The translations under genes and the position numbers were made by a program. Shown here piece after piece: positions 1 through 7,406 of a stretch of 35,346 nucleotides of DNA; the stretch's first letter is position 1, and each line of letters starts with the position of its first letter. Source of the stretch: Candidatus Woesearchaeota archaeon. Its GTDB lineage: Archaea; Nanobdellota; Nanobdellia; SCGC-AAA011-G17; GW2011-AR18. The notes beneath the pieces are model-generated. The model did no database searches, was not told where the DNA came from, and was given only the letters and a program-made list of their open reading frames with translations. Location: contig CAYNBR010000004.1 of the NCBI GenBank assembly GCA_964395935.1, positions 1 to 35,346 on the forward strand, read 5' to 3'.

Positions 1-8
1 TTTAAATA
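1..8 (+). promoter_or_regulatory. TATA-box-like element upstream of the 30..851 gene
   Basis: tttaaata is centred about 26 nt upstream of the ATG at 30. The same spacing recurs at many genes in this window, which fits leaderless archaeal transcripts. Confidence 0.4.
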
Positions 9-29
9 TCTAAACAATTCTAGAAGATT

Positions 30-851
30 ATGAAGTGGTGGTCAATAGGTATATTTGCCGGGATAGTTCTATTAGCTTTAGGCATTGTAACATTTGTTCC
101 AGGTACAATAGATAATCAAGATTTTAGCGGAATGGTCACAAAAGATAAATCATCTTGTGTTGCTTCATGCAATGAACTTACAAGATTTTATTTTAATCAA
201 GGAGATAGTGCTAATAATATTAATTCTTATACTATACAAGAAGGGGATTATTTTTTAGTTACTCTTAATAGTTTAACAGATAAGATTGTTTCTGTTTATA
301 GAAATGATGGATTAATTTTATCAAATCCTGAAAATTTACGTTATGCTCAACCTTATCAAAATACTGGAAATTATTTGAAATTATCTTTGTTATATGCAAA
401 AATACATTCTTTGACAACTAATAACAAAGATGAAACTTTGCAACCATTTAATTGTGATGGTAAACAAATATTAGTACCAATAATCAATCCAGGATACGTC
501 GGAAAGGAAATTTCATTTGCAGAAGATCATGCTAATAGGGCTTTTTATTTAGCTAATGTACAAATAAAACCCTTTGAAGATGCAGGTATGAAAAAATTTA
601 TTTATAATACTGCTGGAAAACAATTGCCAGATTTCAATATTGCAGCTGTATCAATTAAAGGCGTATATCCTTATGGTTTTGATTGGAGTAAAGTTAATCA
701 AGGTAAAGTTACTTTACTAGTTGACTTAGATGGTGATGGGCATTTTGGCGGGGATACTTCTATTGATCAAATAGGTTTGGGATTGTGTTCAAGTAAAACA
801 TTTGGTGGAAATCTCCCTGGACAAGTTTATACTTCTTATAGGAGCAAATAA
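30..851 (+). CDS. hypothetical membrane-anchored or secreted protein
   Basis: 273-aa ORF with an N-terminal hydrophobic helix (WWSIGIFAGIVLLALGIVTFV) followed by a soluble domain. No family recognised. Confidence 0.55.
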   Translation: MKWWSIGIFAGIVLLALGIVTFVPGTIDNQDFSGMVTKDKSSCVASCNELTRFYFNQGDSANNINSYTIQEGDYFLVTLNSLTDKIVSVYRNDGLILSNPENLRYAQPYQNTGNYLKLSLLYAKIHSLTTNNKDETLQPFNCDGKQILVPIINPGYVGKEISFAEDHANRAFYLANVQIKPFEDAGMKKFIYNTAGKQLPDFNIAAVSIKGVYPYGFDWSKVNQGKVTLLVDLDGDGHFGGDTSIDQIGLGLCSSKTFGGNLPGQVYTSYRSK

Positions 852-871
852 TCCTTTTACAAGCTAACAAT

Positions 872-880
872 CTATATAAA
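872..880 (+). promoter_or_regulatory. TATA-box-like element upstream of the primase gene
   Basis: ctatataaa lies 24-32 nt upstream of the ATG at 904. Confidence 0.4.
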
Positions 881-903
881 CTAAGATAGAATTTTTTTAT
901 TTT

Positions 904-2226
904 ATGGATATTAAAGAGTATTATTCTAGAAAGGACGTACAAAGAGAATTGTTAAGGCTATCTAAAGATAGAGAAGTACAGGCTTGGTTTAAAGATATTA
1001 GAGGAAGAAGACCAGAAATAGTTAATTTTGAGGGTGATGTTAAGGATTTAATTAATCAAGGAATGACTTCTTTTCATATAAGTGAAGAAAGATGGCGCAG
1101 TCCGTTAGATCTTGAATCTGGTCTTGGAAAAAAAGATTTAGACAATAGGCGTATAGGGTGGGACTGTATTTTGGATTTGGATTCTAAAAATTTAGAGTTT
1201 TCTTTTATGACCGGGGAATTACTTGTAGAAGCTTTAAAATTTCATGATATAAACGGTTATTCTATTAAATTTTCAGGTAATCATGGTCTGCATATTGCTA
1301 TTCCATTTGAAGCTTTTCCTAAAGAAGTAAACAATGTTAATATTAAAAATTACTTTCCTGATGGTGTAAGAGTTATTTCTGAATATTTAAAAGATATGAT
1401 TAAAGAATTCTTAACTGCTAAAATACTGACTTATGGAAGTGTTGAAACTATTGCAAATTCTGTTGGTAAAAAAGCTGAAGATATTATAATTGATAAAAAA
1501 TTTGATCCATTTAAAGTTGTAGATATAGATTCTGTTTTAATTTCATCCAGGCATTTATTTAGATGTGCATATAGTGTAAATGAAAAATCTGGATTGGTAA
1601 GTATACCATTAAAAGATATTAAAGATTTTAATATTGAAAATGCTAAAATGGAGAATGTTAAAGTTGATTTAAAATTTTTAGATTTAGAAAATGTTAAAGA
1701 AGGAGAAGCTAGACAATTAGTATTACAAGCTTTTGACTGGGCGAAAAGAAGTTCTAATGTTGAGATTAAAAGGACTCAAGATAAAATATTTGAATTACCT
1801 AAGAATGCAATTAAAGCAGATTTCTTTCCTCCTTGTATATTAAAATTAATGTCTGGAGTTAAACAGGATGGAAGAAAAAGAACTATATTTATTTTAGTTA
1901 ATTTTTTAATGAATGTTGGCTGGAAGATTGATGATATTGAAACTTTTTTATTAGAATGGAATAAGAAAAATTATGAACCTTTGAGAGAGGGATATATTAA
2001 AGCACAAGTTAGCTGGTTTAAAAGGCAGAATAAAATTGTACTGCCTCCTAACTGCGATAATTCAAGTTATTATTCTTCTATGGGGGTTAAATGCGAGGAA
2101 GGTATTTGTTCTAAGTGCAGGAATCCTGTTAATTATGCTGTGAGAATGAGCAGGATGAATGAGAAGATGAAAAAACCTGAAATGACTAAAGATGGTAAAA
2201 TTAAAACTACTAAAATGGATAAGTAG
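904..2226 (+). CDS. priS: DNA primase: PriS catalytic (AEP) domain fused to a PriL-like Fe-S C-terminal domain
   Basis: The three AEP motifs are visible: WDCILDLDSKN (DxD), FSGNHGLHIAIPF (SGxxGxH) and VVDIDSVLISSRHLFRCAYSVNEKSG. The C-terminal ~130 aa reads FFPPCILKL..GRKRTIFILVNFLMNVGW...PPNCDN...VKCEEGICSKCRNP, which resembles the PriL-CTD 4Fe-4S pattern. Confidence 0.8.
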   Translation: MDIKEYYSRKDVQRELLRLSKDREVQAWFKDIRGRRPEIVNFEGDVKDLINQGMTSFHISEERWRSPLDLESGLGKKDLDNRRIGWDCILDLDSKNLEFSFMTGELLVEALKFHDINGYSIKFSGNHGLHIAIPFEAFPKEVNNVNIKNYFPDGVRVISEYLKDMIKEFLTAKILTYGSVETIANSVGKKAEDIIIDKKFDPFKVVDIDSVLISSRHLFRCAYSVNEKSGLVSIPLKDIKDFNIENAKMENVKVDLKFLDLENVKEGEARQLVLQAFDWAKRSSNVEIKRTQDKIFELPKNAIKADFFPPCILKLMSGVKQDGRKRTIFILVNFLMNVGWKIDDIETFLLEWNKKNYEPLREGYIKAQVSWFKRQNKIVLPPNCDNSSYYSSMGVKCEEGICSKCRNPVNYAVRMSRMNEKMKKPEMTKDGKIKTTKMDK

Positions 2227-2707
2227 GTCCGATACGGCTGTAGCCTAATAATTTTATTTCTGGTGGATAACCTTTAGGTATATTTTCTGTATCTTTTATT
2301 TCTATTGAAAATTTATATTTATATCCAATTTCAAATTGATTTGGATTTGTAACTTCAATGTCTAGAGTTTTTCCTTTAATAATCTTATCTGAATTTTCTT
2401 CGGAAATTACTACACTGTCAAATGGTCTACACCTTTCACACATTGCAAAAGGTGGACAAGGTTGACAAATATATTTTTTTATTACATATCCTTCAACATT
2501 AAACCTGCCTATCGGTTTTTTTACGATAATTTCATTAATGGTAATTGTTTTTAAATCTTGGGTAGGTGAATAAGTTCTAGTTTTATCTACACTTTTTTTA
2601 TTATCCTGATAATAAGCATAATAAGTTCCAAGATAGGTTGTTGCTGGAATTGCTATAAGAATTAATACCAAGATAATTATGCTTACTACTATATATTTTG
2701 TTTTCAT
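2210..2707 (-). CDS. hypothetical N-terminally anchored protein
   Basis: 165-aa ORF with one N-terminal TM helix (IVVSIIILVLILIAIPA) and a Cys cluster (CQPCPPFAMCERC). Its 3' end overlaps the primase gene convergently by 17 nt. Confidence 0.5.
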   Translation of the reverse strand: MKTKYIVVSIIILVLILIAIPATTYLGTYYAYYQDNKKSVDKTRTYSPTQDLKTITINEIIVKKPIGRFNVEGYVIKKYICQPCPPFAMCERCRPFDSVVISEENSDKIIKGKTLDIEVTNPNQFEIGYKYKFSIEIKDTENIPKGYPPEIKLLGYSRIGPTYPF

Positions 2708-2749
2708 ATCTATATTGAGTTATTTATATTAATAAATCCTTCTATAACT

Positions 2750-2881
2750 TTAATCTAGATTAAATTTTTTCATGAATTGCTTAAATTGATTTACATTTTT
2801 GGGTCTTGCAGCAAACTTGCATCTCTCGAAGTCAATTAAGGAGTCTGAGGCAAATCCAAAGGGTTTGAGTTTTTCTGGGCG
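2750..2881 (-). pseudogene. C-terminal fragment of a small kinase-fold gene, paralogous to 3562..4044
   Basis: The minus-strand translation is RPEKLKPFGFASDSLIDFERCKFAARPKNVNQFKQFMKKFNLD*. This parallels the C-terminus of the intact gene (PLKNIIIYKNKATLIDFERCKFTHRPKNINQFKEFLRRWM*). There is no start codon or N-terminal part, and the frame breaks at the hicBA cassette boundary. Confidence 0.55.
2870..2880. repeat. left copy of an 11-bp perfect inverted repeat flanking hicBA
   Basis: tttttctgggc at 2870-2880 is the exact reverse complement of gcccagaaaaa at 3349-3359. Confidence 0.6.
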
Positions 2882-2884
2882 ATA

Positions 2885-2896
2885 ACTATATAAAAT
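2885..2896 (+). promoter_or_regulatory. TATA-box-like element upstream of hicB
   Basis: actatataaaat is centred about 26 nt upstream of the ATG at 2916. Confidence 0.4.
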
Positions 2897-2915
2897 ATGA
2901 AATCAGTCTAAACAT

Positions 2916-3149
2916 ATGAAATTAACGGCCATCTTGAAGAAAGGAGAAAAACAGTATGTTGCTTTATGTCCTGAGATTGATGTAGTTAGTCAAGGATACA
3001 CGGTTGAGGAAGCGATTAAGAATCTGAAGGAAGCTGCAGAGTTGTATCTCGAAGTTGAGGGGTTACCAGCTGGTGTGAGTAACGAAGAAGCAATTATTAC
3101 AAGTATTGAGGTAACAAATGGGGCAAAGGCTTCCAAGGTTGTCGGGTAA
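2916..3149 (+). CDS. hicB: HicB-family antitoxin (UPF0150-type)
   Basis: The N-terminus MKLTAILKKGEKQYVALCPEIDVVSQGYTVEEAIKNLKEAAELYLE matches the typical HicB pattern. It overlaps hicA by 32 nt and is more G+C-rich than its surroundings. Confidence 0.8.
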   Translation: MKLTAILKKGEKQYVALCPEIDVVSQGYTVEEAIKNLKEAAELYLEVEGLPAGVSNEEAIITSIEVTNGAKASKVVG

Positions 3150-3348
3150 AGAAGTCATAAAAATTCTTTCCAAACAAGGTTTTAAAGCTGTACGACAAAA
3201 AGGTAGTCATGTTATTCTTGCGAAAGAAATCCCAGAACGTAAACTTACCACTGTCGTTCCATTACACAGAGAGATTGATCGGGGAACGTTATTAGAAATT
3301 ATAAGACAAGCTGGCTTAACAAAAGAAGAGTTCATGAAATTTGTGTAA
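3118..3348 (+). CDS. hicA: HicA-family mRNA interferase toxin
   Basis: LPRLSGKEVIKILSKQGFKAVRQKGSHVIL...TVVPLHREIDRGTLLEIIRQAGLTKEEF is the canonical HicA pattern. A gaggt SD-like motif lies 6 nt upstream of the ATG. Confidence 0.85.
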   Translation: MGQRLPRLSGKEVIKILSKQGFKAVRQKGSHVILAKEIPERKLTTVVPLHREIDRGTLLEIIRQAGLTKEEFMKFV

Positions 3349-3359
3349 GCCCAGAAAAA
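3349..3359. repeat. right copy of the 11-bp perfect inverted repeat flanking hicBA
   Basis: gcccagaaaaa begins right after the hicA stop codon and is the reverse complement of 2870-2880. Confidence 0.6.
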
Positions 3360-3513
3360 TTTCATCTAAATCTCCCAACCCACTACCTAAAACAATCCCA
3401 AATATAGGGACATCCTTTAATCTTTTTTTTATAAACTCTGCAGCTTCAGCAACTTTTGTCTCGTAATTATCATGAAAATCTAAAGCTGCAACTAATTTTT
3501 CTAAACTTCCCAT
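3349..3513 (-). pseudogene. N-terminal fragment of a purine nucleoside phosphorylase / MTAP-family gene
   Basis: MGSLEKLVAALDFHDNYETKVAEAAEFIKKRLKDVPIFGIVLGSGLGDLDEI matches the N-terminal ~55 aa of PNP-family enzymes, including the GSGLG loop. The track ORF (3316..3513) then reads through into the antisense of hicA. The remaining ~200 aa of a PNP are absent. Confidence 0.6.
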
Positions 3514-3561
3514 GAAACTAAGCTATATTGTTTGCTTATAATATTTATTGTTTCAAAATAG

Positions 3562-4044
3562 CTACATCCATCTTCTTAAGAATTCTTTAAATTGATTTAT
3601 GTTTTTAGGTCTGTGTGTAAATTTACATCTTTCAAAGTCTATTAAAGTGGCTTTATTTTTGTAGATTATAATATTTTTTAATGGATGATGCATTTCGTCT
3701 TTGTTTATTCTTAATTCATCTAAAATTTTACATTGCCTTAATATCTCATCTATTAATTTATTGTTTAATTTATTTTCTTTAAGGAATTCTCTTAATGTAA
3801 TTCCTGGAACAAATTTATACATTAAATATTCTTTCGAGGATTCAATTAGTTTTGGCCCTATTTTATATTTGTTTAATAATTTTAAGAAATCTGCTTCAAT
3901 TTGTATTCTGTTATGTGCTTTAGAATTTGGATTTTTTATTTTAACAGCAAAAGTTTTATTTTTAATTTTGAAAATGTAAATCATACCTCTTTTTCCATTA
4001 GCAAATAATTCTGGATTATATTTTTTGAATTTATCTGGAAGCAT
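3562..4044 (-). CDS. small atypical protein-kinase-fold protein (Bud32/RIO/COG2112-like)
   Basis: It has a G-loop-like NGKRGMIY, a FAVKIK lysine and LIDFERC in the DFG position. Where HGDL is expected, the sequence reads HHPLKNIII. Confidence 0.5.
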   Translation of the reverse strand: MLPDKFKKYNPELFANGKRGMIYIFKIKNKTFAVKIKNPNSKAHNRIQIEADFLKLLNKYKIGPKLIESSKEYLMYKFVPGITLREFLKENKLNNKLIDEILRQCKILDELRINKDEMHHPLKNIIIYKNKATLIDFERCKFTHRPKNINQFKEFLRRWM

Positions 4045-4062
4045 TCTATTATCTTAATAGAA

Positions 4063-4074
4063 ATATTTATAAAT
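4063..4074 (+). promoter_or_regulatory. TATA-box-like element upstream of the 4095 gene
   Basis: atatttataaat is centred about 27 nt upstream of the ATG at 4095. Confidence 0.4.
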
Positions 4075-4094
4075 TAACTTATCGCTATTAAAAC

Positions 4095-6077
4095 ATGAAA
4101 AGTGGTGGTAAGTTAAGAGTTCTAGCAACTACACTAATTGTTTTATTAATATTAAGTTCTATTATTGCTTTTGCTGATACTACTGATACTACAACTGGAA
4201 CTACAAGTACTACTGATGATACTACAAAACCAGAAGATAAAGGCGGCTTAACTAAAACTGATAGTACAAAAACAGAATCTAATAAAGTTGTTGAGCCTGA
4301 AGCTATTTCTTCTCTTGATTGGTTAGAAAATAAGACAACAGATAATATTGAAGATATATATGAAGATTCATTAGCTGTAATTGCTTTGCTTGGAAGTGAT
4401 CAGAGAGATATTTCAGGACTGGTCGATAGATTAAAAAGTAGAGGAGATGTTCAAACAGGATGTTGGCCTTCAGGAGCTTGTAAAGTAAAAGATACAGCTA
4501 TTGCAGGATTAGCAATGTATTTATCTGGACAAGATGAGGAAGCTAAGGCTGCTGCTGATTGGTTGAAGAAATCTACTATTCCTGGATTAAGGTCTGGAGA
4601 ATGGTGGTTAGTAATTAAAGGAAGTACGCCAGAGGGAAGTTGTACTGTAACTTATTTAAATAAACCTAAAACTTTTAATTTTAAAGAGGATAAGATAACT
4701 GAATTAGGAGGAAAATATTACATTGGTTTATATTACATTGGTTTATCACAAATAAATCCTGCAATATTAAGAAATTTACTGCCTATTCTAAGTGTGGATT
4801 GTTCTAACTTGGCTGGTTCTATTGTTACATTGCTGCATAAACCAGATCCAAATACTTTTTTTATACAAAAAAGTGAGACTGCTGCAAATGTTGAATTGAA
4901 AGTTGCTAATACTTGTTTTGGAACAACAAAAGGAAGTTCAGCTTGTGAGTATGAATCTAGTTTGTATGCTACTTGGGCTTTAATGGAAATGGGTGAATTT
5001 GGAGAAAGTTTAGAAGATATTGGTGATACAATTTATTTACAAAGTAAAATTAAAACAAGTAATGTAAAAGATTTAGCATTGTTAAATAGGATTTTGTATA
5101 AATCTAGTAATGTTGCGCCTTCATTTGTAAAAGAATTGGTTAGTCAGCAAAAACAAGGCGGAGATTGGAATGGAGATGTATTTACAACTTCTTTAGCTTT
5201 ACTTGGTTTAGCTGGAAATACTGATCAAGTTGATGTAGTTAATAGGGCAGCAGCTTATTTAGATAGAAGAAAAAGTCCTAAGGACGGTTCTTGGGATAAT
5301 AATGTAAAAAATACAGCTATGGCTTTAATTGCTTTAACAGGAGTTGATTTATCTAAAGGAAATGTTGCTAGTCCAAGTGTTCCAAGTACTGGTTCAGGTG
5401 GAAGCGGGAATAAAGTAGAAAATTGTGATAATGGAATAGATGATGATGGAGATACTTTCCCAGACTGTGGGGATAGTGACTGTGCAACTGATAAAATTGT
5501 TTTGTGTAATAATAATAAGGTTGATGAATGCGAGGAAAATCTTGATTGCGGCGGATTCTGTGTTGCTTGTGAAACTACAGATGAAGATATAACTCCAGCA
5601 TTAACAGGTGGATGTAGAAGTAATTCTGAATGTGATAGTGGAGAGGAATGTGTGGCTGGAAGTTGTCAATTAAAAGAAGAAACTAAAGGATGTGTAAGTA
5701 ATTCTGATTGTAAAAGCGGGCAAGAATGCGTTTCTGGAAGCTGCCAAACTAAAGCACAAGGCAGCTTATGGTGGTTATGGACTTTGATAATAATTTTATT
5801 AATTGCAGGACTTGTATTTTTCTATGTTCAATATGTAAAAACTGGAAAAATTGATTTGAAACATTTGTTTAAGAAAAAACAAAAAGGACCTTCATTTGAA
5901 GAATTTAAAGCGCGACAAGAATTCAGACCTAGGCCTTCTGTAGCTCAAACTCCCAATAGAAATACACAAAGACCAATGCAACAAGCAAGAAGGCCTGCTG
6001 TTGGTGTTAAGTCTAAAGAAGATTTAGAATTAGAAAAATCTTTAAGAGAAGCTGAAAGAGTACTCAAAGGAAAATAA
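4095..6077 (+). CDS. surface protein with prenyltransferase/terpene-cyclase-like repeats, Cys-rich modules, a TM anchor and a basic tail
   Basis: In order: a signal/TM segment (LRVLATTLIVLLILSSIIAFA), a Thr-rich linker, QW-like repeats (QQKQGGDWNG, RKSPKDGSWDNN), CDNGIDDDGDTFPDCGDSDC, two CxSNSxCxSGxECVxGSCQ modules, a TM helix (WWLWTLIIILLIAGLVFFYV) and a basic C-terminal tail. Confidence 0.7.
   Translation: MKSGGKLRVLATTLIVLLILSSIIAFADTTDTTTGTTSTTDDTTKPEDKGGLTKTDSTKTESNKVVEPEAISSLDWLENKTTDNIEDIYEDSLAVIALLGSDQRDISGLVDRLKSRGDVQTGCWPSGACKVKDTAIAGLAMYLSGQDEEAKAAADWLKKSTIPGLRSGEWWLVIKGSTPEGSCTVTYLNKPKTFNFKEDKITELGGKYYIGLYYIGLSQINPAILRNLLPILSVDCSNLAGSIVTLLHKPDPNTFFIQKSETAANVELKVANTCFGTTKGSSACEYESSLYATWALMEMGEFGESLEDIGDTIYLQSKIKTSNVKDLALLNRILYKSSNVAPSFVKELVSQQKQGGDWNGDVFTTSLALLGLAGNTDQVDVVNRAAAYLDRRKSPKDGSWDNNVKNTAMALIALTGVDLSKGNVASPSVPSTGSGGSGNKVENCDNGIDDDGDTFPDCGDSDCATDKIVLCNNNKVDECEENLDCGGFCVACETTDEDITPALTGGCRSNSECDSGEECVAGSCQLKEETKGCVSNSDCKSGQECVSGSCQTKAQGSLWWLWTLIIILLIAGLVFFYVQYVKTGKIDLKHLFKKKQKGPSFEEFKARQEFRPRPSVAQTPNRNTQRPMQQARRPAVGVKSKEDLELEKSLREAERVLKGK
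4716..4745 (+). repeat. perfect 15-bp in-frame tandem duplication
   Basis: tattacattggttta occurs twice back to back (4716-4730 and 4731-4745), giving YYIGL-YYIGL in the protein. Confidence 0.85.
5610..5747 (+). repeat. two diverged ~60-nt intragenic repeats encoding 6-Cys modules
   Basis: GCRSNSECDSGEECVAGSCQ and GCVSNSDCKSGQECVSGSCQ are separated by an 18-nt linker (5670-5687, encoding LKEETK). The nucleotide similarity is visible by eye. Confidence 0.7.
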
Positions 6078-6079
6078 TT

Positions 6080-7405
6080 ATGTACATCAAAAGAGTTTCT
6101 TTACTTATACTTTCCTTAATTTTAATTCCAATTGTATTTGCGAATAATGTAGATATAAAACTCTATAGAAATAATTATAATTCACTTGAAACTTTTCAAG
6201 CTGATATTAATACTAATGTTCAACTTTCTAAAGATTTAAGTTTTTCTAATATTAAATTATTAGATGTTAATGGGAATAACATTGGTGTATCTAAAAGATT
6301 AATTAAAATCAATAAAAGTGAATATAAAGTTTATTTTAATTTACCTCAATTAAATGATGATAAGTATACTTTTAGTGTTTCTAGGTTTTTCTACAATCTA
6401 AATGGTGTTACTAAAGAAGATAGTTCTAATGTTAATTTTGATATTATTAATAATAAACAAGATGTTTTAAGTATAAATCCCGGATATGTCTTTGGTAATG
6501 TTGTTGATTATGATGAAAGTCCATTTACTTTGGTATTAAAAAATTCTGGAGATAATAGTCTTGATGTAAATATTAAAACTGAGGGTAATTTTTTATCTTT
6601 AAGTCAAAGTACTTTTTCTTTAGCTAGTTTAAGTTCTAAAACAATAAATGTTAATACTCTTTTATATAATAAAAAAGGAGATTCATTTACTGATAAAATT
6701 ATTATTCAATATAATACTTTAAGTTATGAAATACCTGCAATTATAAAAAGAACTTTAACTAAATCTATGGTTGAACAAAATTTAACTAAAGTAACTAATC
6801 AGACTAATATCACTAAATTAAATAATACTGTAGAAAATATAACTCCAGTTATAGTTAAAGAAGACGTTTTAGAAATTGGTGATCCTTATGGGAATGTTAT
6901 CAAGAATATAAGTTTGTATGGCTACAAGGGAAAAACAACTGAATTTTCATTTGTTAGTAATGCTGACTTAACACTTCATGGAATTAATTTGACAGTTAAT
7001 GGTGATATTAAAAATATAATTAGTTTTGAGCCAAGTTATTTGTCTAGTTTACCTAGTTATGGAATATATCCAACTAATTTAATAATTAAAGATATTACTA
7101 AGAATTATACTGGAACTATTACTGTTAAATCTAAAGAAGTTAAAGAATTTTCTTTGCCTGTTTATATAACATTTGAAAAATTACAAGAAAATAATGTTGA
7201 TTTAATTCATAATAAAACTATAAATAATCAAAGTGTGATAATTAGAACTGTAACTGTTGAAAGTAATAGTACTACTTTGCTTTGGATTTTATTAGGTTCG
7301 ATTATATTTATTATACTGTTGTTAATTTATTACTTACATAAAAAAAATAAGCCTAGGGAAGAAGAATTTGGAAGGTTTATTGATGCTGCTAAAAATAGGA
7401 GGTGA
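6080..7405 (+). CDS. sequon-rich surface protein with signal peptide and C-terminal TM anchor
   Basis: N-terminal signal (VSLLILSLILIPIVFA) and C-terminal TM (LLWILLGSIIFIILLLIYYL) followed by a basic tail. There are many NxS/T sequons. It starts 2 nt after the upstream stop. Confidence 0.65.
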   Translation: MYIKRVSLLILSLILIPIVFANNVDIKLYRNNYNSLETFQADINTNVQLSKDLSFSNIKLLDVNGNNIGVSKRLIKINKSEYKVYFNLPQLNDDKYTFSVSRFFYNLNGVTKEDSSNVNFDIINNKQDVLSINPGYVFGNVVDYDESPFTLVLKNSGDNSLDVNIKTEGNFLSLSQSTFSLASLSSKTINVNTLLYNKKGDSFTDKIIIQYNTLSYEIPAIIKRTLTKSMVEQNLTKVTNQTNITKLNNTVENITPVIVKEDVLEIGDPYGNVIKNISLYGYKGKTTEFSFVSNADLTLHGINLTVNGDIKNIISFEPSYLSSLPSYGIYPTNLIIKDITKNYTGTITVKSKEVKEFSLPVYITFEKLQENNVDLIHNKTINNQSVIIRTVTVESNSTTLLWILLGSIIFIILLLIYYLHKKNKPREEEFGRFIDAAKNRR

Positions 7406-7406
7406 C

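Noticed and set aside
3316-3348. The C-terminal LHKFHELFFC tail of the 65-aa ORF 3316..3513, which overlaps hicA.
   Set aside because: Homology to the PNP family stops at about 3358. The tail is read-through into the antisense strand of hicA, not part of a real protein.
3701-3979. A 92-aa plus-strand ORF inside the kinase-fold gene. The same reasoning applies to 760..942, 8592..8804, 10923..11111, 11787..12101, 13051..13248, 13746..13943, 14679..14867, 18191..18418, 19573..19821, 21821..22042, 23464..23739, 25193..25426, 25296..25556, 26314..26496, 29163..29360, 29762..29992, 31185..31367, 33374..33622, 33866..34069 and 34948..35130.
   Set aside because: All of them lie antisense to, or out of frame within, recognisable or better-supported genes. 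None shows recognisable motifs, so they are chance ORFs.
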